A program made the translations under genes and the position numbers. DNA of 64,000 nt. It comes from Bugula neritina. Taxonomy: Eukaryota; Animalia; Bryozoa. This document shows, piece after piece, positions 23,093 through 37,720 of the stretch (positions within the stretch are counted from its first letter, which is position 1; each line of letters begins with the position of its first letter). The stretch lies in assembly GCA_964035545.1 (NCBI GenBank), contig OZ037773.1, forward strand, positions 5,981,751 through 6,045,750, given 5' to 3'. Below the pieces are notes generated by a model. The model searched no databases. It was not told where the DNA came from and was given only the letters and a program-made list of their open reading frames with translations.

Positions 23093-25739
23093 TTATATAC
23101 GAAGGGTAATACTGTATAATTGGCAACTGCTAGAACTAATATGTTAATTTTTTACTTTCTGTCCCTCTTTTCTTGCCTCACTCCCTCCCCTTCCCACTTC
23201 ATTTAGTATTCTCTTCACCTCTAAAGTTGACTCCATGGCTTGAGTTTGATGCATATTTTCAAATTCCAACAAAACAACGGGAGAACAAAGCTCGTGGAAT
23301 CAGCATTGTAGTATTTGTTGAAAGTTGAGACCAAATATTTAATGACATGAACAAAAAGCCCTCTCATACTTTTAGTTCACTAAGTGTAGGAGAAGGTAGA
23401 TTGTGTAGTAAATCAATGCTGTAACACAATATTTGACGCAATTACAGATCATTGGTGGTATTTAACTGAAGTAACTTAAGATATTAGAAATAACAGCAGC
23501 ACCTGGCTATCTATTATTTTTGTATATTGGAATACTTAGCAGTATTCACAGTAACTATCTCCTTACTTGTACTATCTTACATTAAATTAAAGTAATATTA
23601 TTCAACTGTACAATGCCCAAGGGGTGCTGTTATATGTATCACAGTTAATCATCAAGTTAACTCAATGCATGCCTAACCAGTTGGAATTTTAAATTAAACA
23701 TTATAATAACAGTATAAATACAAGTAGTATGCAGTCAGCCCTCACTACTGGCCAAATCTAGAGTCAGCAAATCTGTGGCTAGAATTTATTAGACTCCACC
23801 ATGATATGAATTAGCTATGTTTGCCATTACACATTAGGACTGTAAGTTTAATATAATTACAAGTAACTTATTTTATACTGCTGCTAAGTCTGAACAAGAG
23901 GAAGGGACCAAATAGCTGAAGTTTGGGTTTTGAAAAACTAAGAGTGCAGAGTGAAGCAGTTCCTTTACAACACATACTCAACGCTGGTTAAAGCCTCAGC
24001 TCCACCTAAGTCAGCACTTTTGTCTCTAAGTGGAAAACGGGCAAAACCATCAAGTCAGTTTTTAAACTTGGCAAGTTTAAGTTTTATAGCCCTACCACTG
24101 TTTACAGTATGGCAGAACCATGCAATGAGTACTATCATCAAGTCCAGGAGCTAAACTAAATAGATGGAAGATTAAAAAGAAATATATACAAGGCTGCAAA
24201 CAAACAAAGGAAAGTTAATTAGTAATTTATCTGATAAGCCCACTTTGTCAATGATTGAATCTCTAATTTGAGCAGACAATAGGTTGCTGTAAATCTATAA
24301 TCAGATCAGGAACTTGAGAATTGCAGGTGACATTAGCTCTGGCTGTGTGAGTCAGCAGCAGGAAACCAGGAATATGATTTGCAGTGTTAACATGGAAAAG
24401 AGGGCACTTGCTACAATGTGTCAAGTTGTAGACAGCTCACTTGCCGTACTTGTCTATGCAAAATTAGCAATCTTAACACTTGTAACTACTGCCAAGTTAT
24501 ATATCATAGTAAAAGTAGAATTATGCAGGAAAGTAGTTGTTCTTCAAAGAATGCTGAGCAAATTTGTATCTATTAAATAGTAGGCTAACCCTCAGCTGTA
24601 CACTGGCTATTGCTATAATGAATTGCCTATTATGAGCTAGTTTATGACTACAACTTTAGCAGTAAATCTTAACCTAAACCTAAAGAGTTGGGGTGCTTTA
24701 GATAACGCACCAAGTGAATAAATTGCAGACAATCTGTTAGTTCACACAACAACTTGCCAGACTGAAGCTACACCCATCAACAGGGTATTAAAAGCACAAT
24801 TTGATATGCAGCATTCACAACTATATAATTTAAGATTCCAAACAGTTTAAGTAGGTCAACTTCTAAGGCAGTTAGTACCTCTACACAGTGTTTATAATAA
24901 TTAGTATGTAGTAGTAGATAAGTGGAATATTTGGCAGCCCCAGCACTTAATTCTGATCAATGTTGTATTTAACATGCACTCCAAGTTAGATTAAGCAAAT
25001 ACTAGCATGGCATTAAGTCTCACTGAGATCTGAAGTGTGGAGAGGAAACTCTGGTATCCAGTAGCGGAAGGTAGTCTAGTTAACTATATGCACGCAAAAC
25101 TGATAGGGTATGAATTAGGTGATGCAATTACCCACTTAGCATACTCTAGTATAGTGATAAGATTCAAGAGGTAGGCTCTTAGTAGGTACAACTTTTTAAA
25201 ACCTGACAAAATGGAAGTTGGCAATAAAATACTCTGTTCCAACAGGAGCTAAAGTTACAGCAAAGAAAATCCAAGGGAGATTTGACAATTCCAAAAGTCT
25301 TCACTTACCAGAAAAAGTGAGCATGAAAAATATCAAAAACAAAGTGGAACTTGATGTTACAAAATAGATAGGGCTTTGGTAACGTGCAAACGCTCTACCA
25401 GTAAAAATGCTGGAGTGATAGGCAACTGTTGAGAGAAGCTTTTAAGCCTCTCTAACTGTTATATCAATCACCCACACTAAAGTAAATAAAACTCCGGATT
25501 GCCATTGATTTTTTATATTTTATCTCATAATATTCCATTATCTGCAGCCTATAGAAGCTTTGCTAGCTTCACTCTGGCTAATAATTTGATAATAAATAGG
25601 CCAAGAAGCTACTACAAATATTTCCCTCACTACAAATACGTTAAAAACAAGTGACCTAAGTATTGCTAAAATTTAAATTCCCTTATAAACCTTTGAGATA
25701 ATGTATGCTAAAACAAATTCACAAAGTTTATAGTCACCA

Positions 25740-25885
25740 TCTCTGTGAGAACCCCTAATGGACTGGGTTCTTTTTTAAAGTGGGCTAAGGATTTTTTGAT
25801 GTGACACGGGAGCAATTATGACTGGATGCTCTTTGCAACATCACCAATGGTCTTTGCTGGGGATCAAACCATGACCTCAGAGAAT
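25740..25885 (-). mobile_element. Degenerate tRNA-derived SINE fragment
   Basis: The minus strand reads aggtcatggtttgatccccagc (B-box-like), then ggtgatgttgcaaagagcatccagtcataa, which resembles a central segment I recall from metazoan SINEs. Not database-verified. Confidence 0.4.
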
Positions 25886-28800
25886 GTTTGCTACTGACTT
25901 AGGAAATTATCACTGGTCAAGTACAATGGAATAATCCAACTCCCTTGTAAAAACATGGCTGAACAGATTACGATGGAGAAACTGTTGAACTATGATCAGC
26001 CAAGAAATGGAACACTAGAAGATGGCATTCTTCGTGTAACAGCGAATAAACAGTTTGGAATTCACGAGTGAATTTTTTTGTATCTAAGAATGCAAAAGAA
26101 GTCAAACATGTTTATTCTAATACTTGCAAAAAACAGACCAAAAGTTCACAAATATCATTTATAAACAATTTGATTATATTCCATAATCTAAACCACAAGC
26201 ACATTTCTAGATATGTAATTTTATGATAGCAAGATATTGGCACAAAATATTTTTATGAATGGGTCAATAATTTATTAGTTACAAGAATGAAATTCCTATA
26301 AGACTGAAATCTACAATAACAGTAAAACATTTGGCCGCAATTATTTAAGTTAAGCCAATTTTGGCAGCTTTGTAAAGTGCCCTGTATTGGCATTCATTCT
26401 ATTCTCAGTTTGACTATCCTGCATGCCAAACCGGCAAGAAAAACTTCCACAACCTGTTAATATACCACCTAGTGACTTGCTAATCTCCTTACGCCCTTCC
26501 AGCTTTACTAATAACAGGAGAGTTGAACTGCAAAAGTGCATTACGCGGGAGTGAGCATAGATGAGCTAATGAACTTACATTTATGGCGATAGTTCCATAT
26601 CAGTTTCAAATCAGCTTATTTTTTTAGCAAAGTTCTAATGCCGGTGTTAGAGATTTACGTAAACTTGGGAAAACAGAGTTATATCAACGTAATTATCTGC
26701 TTTTGCTTAAAAATAAAAGGGGGGGGGAATTACCAGCCAAACCAATTATATAGCAAATGTGGTTTACTGAAGCTTATAGTTTATGCTGATGCTCAGCGTT
26801 GCTAGATTTTTACTAAAGAGGCAAAAAACAGCAAGAAGACGGGATATAGCGTACTATATAGTTTTCGAAAGATTTAGATCATCTGGTAAAGAAGTACAGA
26901 GAGTTAGAAAATGAAAGTGGTAGCCATTCTGACTTGCACCTTGTTAATAACTGCCTGGCATTAGTCATTAGTTTAGCTTGGGGACTAAATGAAGCAGTGA
27001 AACAGAAAATAAGATCAAATTAACAACCAATTAGCATTCTTGGGAACCAGATTCTTACATTGTATAAAATTGTAAAATTAATTGAGCATTTAACAACAGA
27101 AAAATATGAAGATTATGGCAGGTCTTTACCATAAATGAGCATACTGCTATAGTCAAAGGTGAGGGTGAGGCAGTGTAGAGTGAGTTATACATTAAGGTTA
27201 TTAGGCTTACAATAACATTTTTGTTTCTTTTTGACTAAGCCACAGGAATTTACAATACTGCATCAATTACAAAAGAATTCATGCAGGTTGATTGTGTTGC
27301 TCTATATGCATTAAGCATGTGCATTCAATGCTTTGATCAAACACAAGTACTACTACTTGCTAATAGTTACAAAGAAAACATTAACAGCCTTAGTGGTGTT
27401 ATTGAATTGATCACAAGAAAGCATTGTATCCACTTTTCATAAAATCTAATTTTCTAAAAGCTGGACAAAGTCTTAAACGTGCCCAGTAACATATTATAAA
27501 ACTTTAACTATGTTCGAATATGTCGCACATTAGTCACTGCATTTTAAATTGAAGTCACTTTAGAATTCAGGCAATGACAATTGAGAATTTAATACTTAGG
27601 AATGTGAGAGGAGAAAAAGTAGGATGTGAATCACTGAGCAAGGAATGCTTTCCTAAGTTTCAAACCTGGTTTCTTATTACACACCCCCTAACTCCTAAGC
27701 AATTGTATTTGGCACCACAGTCTTTATTACGATACAGGTTGTAAAGATCTAGAATTTTGTAGCTGATAAACTTTTACAACTGCTATCTTACAATTTAATT
27801 ACCTAATAATTGTATGCAGCCAACTTATTTTCCAATCTCATATAATTGGCAGCGACTATTAAGGTGTTCTGGAGGCTACCTGGCAGTCAGCGGTTAGGAT
27901 TAACTTAGAACCTACTATCACCATAAAATCTTAGAATAGGATGTAAACTGGAGCCAAACTGACCAAGGGAGCAAATATGAAACAGAAACATAAGCTAGAG
28001 TTAAAAAAGGAAAACAAATAAAACAAAAGTAAAAATGACTGTAAAACAGCTTTTATTTGCTTCTTCTCAAGTACTTTTTAAACTTCATGATTAAGCCACT
28101 TAGCCAGTTTGAGATATTATGCAATTATAGATGAGTCAGCTATGAAGAAAACAGCGTGCGTGACTATTTCACACAATAGAATAAGAACAGTATACTATAA
28201 CTGAGTCGATGCATGTGCCTAGCCAAAACAAACTGAAGGAGAACCCTAGTCAAACAGCACACACTTTGATTTAGACTTGTCAATATTTCCCTGTTCAGCT
28301 TATGTACATAAGATTGTTATTCAACTCAAACAGTAAACAAATTAAGTCTATGATACATGCAAAATTATGATAATTATACAATCATATTATATATGTGCAT
28401 ATATTAGTAAGTCTAATACTGATAATATTATTGGAAAGAGCTGTTTGGGATTGCCAAGATATTGACAGATATAAATGCTTAAGATCACCTGCAATTACCT
28501 GCAACAATAGGTGGCTAGCAAACCCTATGTAATTAGGGAATACATAAATTGAAGTTTTAGCTAGCTAATTTTCTCTAAAGTGGTGATTCATGTATTTAAT
28601 TAGTTAAGAAATAATTTGACTAGTAATAATAATAATTACTAATAACATACATTATAAGGTTAAACATGATGAGACGTATACTTATATGGGCTGATTGCAG
28701 CAGAAGCAGCTTCAGCGTATTTTATTAAATCAGAATCACTAGTGAATCAGTTGAACTTTCGTAGTTTTAGTATCAAGTCCAAGAAGCCGAAGATTGGCAA

Positions 28801-30486
28801 ACCAGCATCTTCACAAACAGAAGGAGAGGATCAAAAATGTGCACTTGCTTTCACTGGTCAACTTGGTAGCAGCCAGTGTTTTTTCATCAAAAGTAATTAG
28901 TTAGCAAAACATGACTGGTTCAACAAGAAAAGCAGCCTTTACTTTTTGCATTTTTGGCATATTTGGCAAAAACGCACTCAGTAGATGTTTTCCAAAGGCA
29001 GGGGCACTATTTACTCTTATGTTGGCTTAAAACGATTATGAAATGACGTTTCAACCGCACAGTGCAAGTAATGGATGAGATACAGGAGTGGGATAAGAAT
29101 ATACACAATATCTCTTATGCAATAATCTACATGGGTATCATATTAACTTGTGTGTAAAGACACTTTTTACTTGCAATAACTCAGAGTAGACTGAAAAATT
29201 ATGCCAAAGTTACACTATTATATTACCAAACGAATAACTGAGTGACATCAACAATATTATGGCCTGCAACTTGAGAGGACTTTGCTTAGGAGTTTGAATT
29301 TCAGTAAATCAGTGAATGACAAAAGAAATCAACCGCTACTAAAAATTCTGAACTTAGGTTATCGGCAACTTTCTTAGATCACAAGACTTTGACTCTATCT
29401 TTCACTGAACTGTCAGAATAAACTTAAAAGCAAATGTAAGTTGAATACATAATCAGAAAAAATTTATAATTAACTGCACTGATCCAGTAAACGTAAGGGT
29501 TTGTAAGGTATTCTACTGAATAATCACTAGCATCAGCATGACAGTGAAATACAGATACTCATCACTCATGCTATACTAATAGTAATAGTAATACTACTAG
29601 TACTAGTAGTGAACTAGTACTAGTAGCTCTTTACTCTTTACATTTACAGTCATTTACTGCAGTGCTAATACTTGAGCTTTGCTCTACTACAACTAGGTCT
29701 AGTACTACTACTACTACTATTAATAGTATTCTGCTAGACAGTAGTTACTAGTACTAGTAGTACTAGTACTTCACTAACACTAACGTACACGTACAGTAAC
29801 ACTCCAATTTGCATACTGATACTGGTACACATTATGATTATGATAAATAATTATTAATAATAATATAAATTGAATTACAAATCATCATCATAAAATATCA
29901 TTATGATTATGATTATTAGCATTTTTATTTAAGTCGAGCAATTCTTTTTCCACGTTATCGTTTGACTTTCACTTTCACTTTGGTGCACCGAAAGTGACTT
30001 CCACTTCAGTGACTTCCAGTTCCACTGTGACTGTGATTGTCATTGTGATTGTGTGTGAATTACTATTAGAATGTCACTATGTTTCTTACCTTTACCACAG
30101 GTAATATTGATAATATTGTATTGTTACATTATGTTTATTACTGTTACTACTTACTAGAGTATTTCATCTACGATAGACCTCTGCGAATGCAGTACACAAG
30201 GCTAATCTTCTCATAAAAAAATTGAATGAAAACCGCAACGGCTCGTAGCTATTCAATAACTATATGTTTTAGTAGTCTACTGAACTGGAATGGATAATAT
30301 ATAATTTGAATGTCATAGCCAATGTTCTTACGGGTGTTTCTATTGCCCTAGAACTTAAATTCATGTGGCGACATCGTATTATTTGACCGAAAGTTGAACC
30401 AGTTGCAGCTAGTTTTGGAAAGAAGGCTAAGAATATAAACTATAAAATAAAGAGAGGATAACTTTAATTATTATGGCTTCAAGCTC

Positions 30487-30669
<183 letters not shown>

Positions 30670-30674
30670 AGTAT

Positions 30675-31127
30675 GGGTATGAGTTACTGTCGTTTCGTAT
30701 ACAAACTGCTGTCCATTTCGTACACAAAATGAATAAAGATGCTTGTTTACTTTTTTGTTGCATCACAGCATGTATCTTTAATTCACACCTCTCATGTCAC
30801 CTATTGATCAATGTTTTGTATTATCTATTATAACAAATACGTTGATACTTATTTTATATATATGATTATAGTGAACTGCAAACTACTATAATTTTTTGGT
30901 TTTTTTATCAATGTTTTGTATGAGTATTAGATTTAATCTATTATTAGTGTATGTTATATATACTAATGCAATTGTATGACTCATACATCAAATGATAAAT
31001 AAATATAAAAAACTATGTATTTTAGTTAATTTATTTTGGTGTATACGATTAGACGAATTATCATGTGTACGAAACGACCTAAAAAAGTGGGTATAAAAAA
31101 TGACTTGTATACAAATTGACCTGTACC
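30675..31127. mobile_element. Possible MITE-like element with inverted sub-terminal subrepeats
   Basis: gtcgtttcgtatac and catttcgtacac at the left, versus gtgtacgaaacgac and gtatacaaattgac at the right, around an AT-rich core. Confidence 0.3.
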
Positions 31128-31449
31128 ATACACAAAACATTTCACTATACTAACTAACTTTTAGATGCGTAATATGAGAAAAACAACTCTCTAAAGGTAA
31201 AATTTTCAACTTAATTACATCTGAATCTCTAGCAAATTCCAATTTGAAAGAAATGTGGGAACTTTATTGTCACTGAATAAAGAAGCAATAAAAGTTATGA
31301 CCAGCTACGGCCAATCATAGTTCAAACCAAATTGGCTGCAGATAGTCTAACGGTAGCGCGAGTCCTTTTTGTTGCATTTTTAACTTGAGTACGATATTTT
31401 ATTCATTCTGATAATTAAACCATAGGCATATGATTAATAAATTAAGAGC

Positions 31450-33563
31450 ATGTTTTTCACAGTTCCCGGCTCAGTTTTGTTAAAATGTGCAAGAAGAAGT
31501 ATCTGCTTTCTTCGTATGAGCAAAAAAATTCAGATAATCGACCAAAACATGTTGATGAAGTCAAGTACTGACATGATGATGGTAATGTTCTGTTGTTAGT
31601 TGTACTAGTAGTTGTTCAGGTTTTCAATTTGAATTTAACTTTAACCTTAGGATTCAGATTGACATTGTCACTGTTTCTCTATCAGTATCATTAAAAGTAA
31701 AACTAAAAATAACAAAAATAATAAATTAGAAACTTCAAAGCAGTAAAAATTAATACTAATAGATTTATTATTGAAATTATGATTAAGATTTTATCATTGT
31801 TTTGCTCAAAAGTAAAAGACTCATAGTCATAGCGAAAAAGAAAGTTAATAATAATTTAAATTTAAATTGTGCGTTGAAAGCAAATTGAAACTGTGTCATT
31901 TATTTGATCATGACCACATGCTTGTCCTAATAAAGTTTGAGGCTATGCTTCAACTTGTAGATATAAGTATAATCTTTATTTTGGCGATTGTACGACTAGC
32001 ATGATCATGATGACCTGGCAATGTGGCATTAACAGTCACATATCTAATTCTATTGTGATCATATGATAGTTAAAATTATATTGCAATTATTATTATATAT
32101 ATATCTGTGATTTAAAATAATTTATAGAAGTATATTCATAGTAATTTAGTTAATAACATTTAACAATGAATGATTTAATAGTAATTTAAGTGCATAAAAT
32201 AAAAGTAACAGTCGTAACAATAATATCACCTCATAAGTTTTATGCATTTTAATGGCATCATCAATAATTTTAAATTCAACAAGTCTTTTTTATAATTGGT
32301 GATATATTTTAGCCAACATCCATCTTGTCTTGTAAGCATTGTTCTACTAAACACCCAAACTATGCCTATGAAGTAAGTAAAGACCCAACTGAGTGGAAGT
32401 ATGTTGAACACTTGCTGCCAAAGACTTTTGTACCAGAAGTCCCCAAGTCAGCATTACATAACTATCCCACCCCCTCTGGCTGGGTGCCTCAACAAGGTTT
32501 GAAACTTCACTTGTCATCATTAGTTTTTACTTCAGTGTTTAGTTTATTAATTTCAAACATTAGAGCATCATTTTTGCTTGCATAAATTTTAGCTTTTCAA
32601 TTTATTATTAGTGACAAAAATATTTTTGATATTTTAAACATTTGATTTGCAAAGTAAAACTGTATAATCATTGCTGTAAGGATCAGTGTTTGCCTGCTTA
32701 TAGAAGAGAAGTATGCTAAACTACCTTACTATATTTCACGGACTAAGAACCATCAAATGCCTATATATATTAAAGAAAGGACGGATAGCCCTCTCAAGTT
32801 CACTCACATCGGCAACATTAGTGGCAATATCTGGGTGAGTTTAGACTGCTCTTCATCTTGTACTTGAGACAATGCTTACTGCGGGTTTAATATTCTCGGT
32901 CGTTTCATTCAGTACTAAGTTTTAAATCACTAAAGTAACTGATGTAATGTTTTCCTTTTCAATTATTTTTATTTAAATGTCTAGTATTGTAAGTTTATTG
33001 AGCAGCATGTACTCTGTGGAATTCTTATGCTCTTAGTATCTTAAGCGTGGGAACATTGTTATATACTGGAATTATTGAAACAATCATTTTATTAGGTTGT
33101 GAAGTTTTTTGCCTATTGTTTAGTAAGACAACTCCCAAAACAAACTGCTTTACCTACAATTTCAAAAGTTATTTTGCTATTTCTGAAGAGTTGACATTTT
33201 AGTTTATCATTTGTTAAATTACCACTAAGAATTTTCCGATGCTCATCTGGTTGAAGTTATTCACTAGAAGCTGCTACAGATTTGGCTAAGTGAAAATAAA
33301 TTCTCAACTTTACCACATTGATCATGGTATACTGTAAAATATATAAAGTATGAAGCAGCATTGCCGTATATACAGAATGTTACAAGGGCAGACAACTATT
33401 GTTGTAGGCGTTAGATGCTGATATCCGAGAACTGTTAGAGGCTAGTAAAACAGACCCAAACTATTTAGTTTTGACGCAGGTTCACGAGCCCGGAAGATTC
33501 ATCAGGGTCAAGGGCGTTCATTCAGACACCATAGCCCAGTTTCTTATAGACAAAGGCTTTTAA
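31450..33563 (+). CDS. MRPL49: Mitochondrial ribosomal protein L49 (mL49), 200 aa. Exons 31450-31581, 32313-32496, 32704-32834, 33408-33563.
   Basis: Translation contains EWKYVEHLLP, YPTPSGWVP, LPYYISRTKNHQMPIY, GNIWAL, TQVHE...IRVKG and C-terminal FLIDKGF*, all typical of mL49. The N-terminus is basic and presequence-like, and junctions are phase-consistent. Confidence 0.93.
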
Positions 33564-34335
33564 ATTGCGAACGGGTGAGGTTTGCCACCCATTTCATAGG
33601 TAATTGCAATTTTTTGTAAATAAGGATTTTTACATTTGTTGAGAAGGGGACTGTAAAATGAATATAATTGATTAGCAGCAATGGAACTAAAACTCCTAAG
33701 TATGATTGTGAAAAAGGAGACAGTTGAAGTAACATGATGGCTAAAGTTGCTAAAAGCAGGATGTATACTTTTTAAGTGCAGATTGAGCTCGGGATTTTAT
33801 GCTTTCTATGTAGTAGACTATCTATTTCATGTGAACCATTCAAAATAAAGGTTTTATACTACAACTGAATGAGTGTTGAATAGAAATTTATTTAGAATTG
33901 CATATTTCAATTAAGATATCTATCGCTGCATTGCAAAGTTATTTTGTTTTCAGTTCAAACGTCACCAACTACTTGCTTCTTTAATATTTCCTGTAATTTT
34001 AACAAAAATAAATCTCACCGTTTGCAGAGTCAATAAAGTTTAATATGCTTGAAAAATATTTACATTTAATTCGATTTCTCACTCGATGCAGATTTGTCAA
34101 ATTAAGTGGAAGCTATTAAAAGTATTTCGAGTTATAATAATAACCTGTATAGATACTGCCATCATTATGTAACATCAACTCAAAATAAACTAAGAGCATC
34201 ATTGGATTTACAAAAAAAAAACTCAAAATCAATAAGAATATAAACCACTCTAAATAGAGGTTGCACAATTTTCTTTATAAAAAGTTAGCATCTTAATGGG
34301 CGCATGGTTGTAATACTGCATATACTTGTTGATCA

Positions 34336-36179
34336 CTACATATATACATTGCCATAAATATTCATACTATTGCTGTCTAGCCTGCGGCTTGCCGATTTAT
34401 TTAACCTTACGTAGCGTTTAAATGACGACTCCTCATTATCCATGCGTAATGTTGGAATCATCAGTCGATTGGCATCTCGTTGAATGTATTCAGGCACTCT
34501 TGTGCTACGGTGGAGTTGATTTTGTGTAGAAATTGCTTTTCGATTGCGCATAGTAAAGGTTGTATTGCTGTAGGTGGGTATTGGAGGTTTTATGGCCTCT
34601 CGTAGGAGGTTGGCAAAGTGTGAGTTTGTTGATGAAGAGAGTAGGAGTTGTTGCCTCCTGTTGGCTTTAGCTTTATCACACTGTAGGGAGTTGTCTCTAC
34701 TCTGTAAAGTACTTGTGCTGCCTGTTCTGTATCTTGTAGGTGTTTCCGCTTCTGTTAAAAATTACAATACAGGTCGCAGGTAATGTTGTAAATTATTTTG
34801 TATAAATGAACTTTGGTTGTCAGACATAATTTTCACTATCTATATCAACTGCTTTAAAATATTATATCTTATCAAAAGGCTGTCCGTCTGTATAAGAGGC
34901 TGTATAAAATGCCATGTGGAGCAGATTGACTGCTGTCTGTCTCAAAAGCTTTCTAGAGCAGAAAGCTACTGCTATCAAAAAGTGAAGATAACTCTATTAT
35001 GAGCTTTTAGCTACAACATTGACTTGTACAGACTGTGTACTTCCCTTCTCCTAAACAGAAGGCATTCTGCTACAAAACAATCTACTCTCAATTAAAGAAT
35101 ATTTTACCTTTTAGATGACTGATATCTTCAAGTTGGTAGGTAGTAGAAATAGTAGGAGCACTTCTAGTCAACGAAGATCTCAATATCCCCTTCCTGTTTC
35201 TCTTTACATCATCTTGCTCCTCTATATCCAAAACTATAGTGCGCGGTTGCACTGGATTTCTTCGCAGATCTAGTTTATCTACCTTTTTGGCTCGTGTTTC
35301 ATCAAAGAACTTCACTGACTTTGAGGAAGATGTTCGATTCAAGTGTTTATCAAGTCTAGCCAATGCCTTTCTGCTCTTTGTAGAATCCATAGTGTTGTTT
35401 TTATCCCATTTGTTTGCAGACGCCTCACCTTTCATTAGGCTGATGATTGCTCTCCTAGCATCTACTCTACAGTTGCTCTACAGTATTCAACAGATTATCA
35501 ATGTTACATAACAATTGTTTATTAAAATATTGAAAACGAGCAGGTTTAATTGTCACAAAAATAACTAGCTGTGAAGTTAAACACTGCCTGTTACAATCCG
35601 CTGCTCCCTTTCACTGTAATGAAACAGATGGTAATTTTAACGGTACCAATTTCATTTCCAGTGCCAATTAGCTAGTTCCAAAACTTATACAAAAGATGTT
35701 TCATGTAGCTTGTTTTGCTATAACAACAGAATGAATAACAATTGTTGCTCTACATTATTGATTAGTAACTATGGATGAGTAGCTGAGTGTATGATAGATG
35801 CATTGTAGTAGAATAGAGTATTTTGGTTGTTGTCTTCTCTCTAAAAGTCACACGCTAGGTGGTTTTCTGGTTACAAACATGTCCAAGTCGAAAGAAAATA
35901 ATATTATTTTCTTTCGACTTGGACATATAATATTATTTTCTTTCGACTTGGACATGGACTTGAATTATATTTATGTTGATAAACTCTAGAGCTTGTAAGA
36001 AATTCATCTGAAGCATACTTTTTATATCTAAAAATATAAAAAACAACCTTGATACTGGGAGCCGAGGAACAGCCATTGGTTAGTCTCTCATGCACTATCA
36101 TCTGTGGCCGACCCGCTGACTTTACCGTCAGCTCCTTGTGCAGTGGAGACTCGATCTCACACATTCTTGGTAGACTCAT
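34336..36179 (-). CDS. Uncharacterised basic, largely disordered protein (~305 aa). Exons 36179-36048, 35477-35108, 34751-34336.
   Basis: Three ORF-bearing segments join in frame through GT-AG sites (918 nt). An acceptor at 36184-36185 implies a further upstream exon. No family recognised. Confidence 0.65.
35879..35956. repeat. Perfect 48-bp palindrome plus tandem duplication of its right half
   Basis: atgtccaagtcgaaagaaaataat|attattttctttcgacttggacat (35879-35926), then ataatattattttctttcgacttggacatg. Confidence 0.95.
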
Positions 36180-37720
36180 TCTTCTGTATGAGGAATTAGC
36201 AAATGTTACAATTCCTATCATATATTATATCACACATTGATATTATATATAATATCACACATTTATATTATATTTTATATTACACATTCCTATTATATAT
36301 TCTATCACACATATAATATCACTCATTCTCTTACACGAGAATTGTTATAATTCCTATAATATATTCAGGCGTGGTTATGATAAACATTTTGTCAACTACA
36401 GTGCTAGTACTTATTTTGAGTTTGGATCATAGTCACAAACTCCCACACAGCATTAAAGTATAACTTACTTAACAACATTTAAATAATTGTTACATCTATA
36501 TAATACACTGATAGCGTACTAAGGCTATGGGCTTAACTAAACTTTTGCTAGGCACTACATATCTTCAACTGCTACCTCTTTTTACACTTATGACCATTAA
36601 GTGGTCCTGTTTAACTCTGTAATTCTTAGTTTATATTTGACAACATACATTCTATGTCTATAACAAGATGTCATACTATCATACCAGGATGTTATCTATA
36701 AGATTTTAGTTGTTTCCTGTTTAGACAATACAAATACTCCCGTCTACCACTTCTATCACATCTTCACTGTTGGACAGCTGGTTCAAATGGTGGAGTATTT
36801 TATATAAAGTGGTTGTATGGCAATGATCACAATCATAGTGTACCTACATCATAGTTTGATTGATTGAATCCAATCTTTACATATATGTATTCGCCTTATT
36901 TGACTTCTTTATTGAAATTCAGTTCTATTAATGCGCACACAAAAGATTGTGTATATTTATAACAACCATGCACTTACATAATAAGACATTACTATGCAAC
37001 AATCAGTTACTAGTTTGAACATTTTTTTATTTTAGTTTGGCTTCACTGGTCTTTAATACAACAAAATTATTAATGTAGAAACCTTCTTGTCCCAAAAGCT
37101 GTTAGCAATGTTATATTCTAACTCTTAAAATGTCTTATTTTATAACTTCACAAGCTCTATCGTGAAAGTGTGTTCATATTCCAATACAACAATTACTATT
37201 ATTGAATAGCACCCTATTGTGAAAAATCTCATTTATACAGTGTTCAGTGCATTTAATTTGCCTTGTTGGCCTGGTGATCCAGGGTATCCGTCATCTCTCA
37301 CAGTTTATAGAGGCTAGGTGAACAATGTAATTTTTATGAATCAAAACTTTTAAAATCACTATTCAAGTTTGAAATAAGTATAATTCACAACATTATGTAT
37401 CTGAAATTACTATTTGAAATAGAAATAAGTTGGTATATTCACTATCGTATATGACTTGAAGAATAAGATAAGTTCATTGTGATGCTCTGGTATACAGTTG
37501 TTGCTTAAGTATACAGAATAAAATGTGCATTCCAAAGGGCATTAACAACATGCTTGAGTGAATGCATATCATATATTTATTGTTATAGCATATTACATAT
37601 CTTAGTGTCAATTTGCAGGTATAAAAGGAATTGTAAACATTAAGGTGGCTTATTCCTTTGACGGCTGTAATGTGTGAAGGGCAAAACTAATACTTAATTT
37701 TAAATTACTGTAAATTAACC

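Noticed and set aside
28673-28900. ATG-less ~75-codon open frame on + within kindlin intron 1
   Set aside because: No start codon, no convincing splice sites and no recognisable homology.
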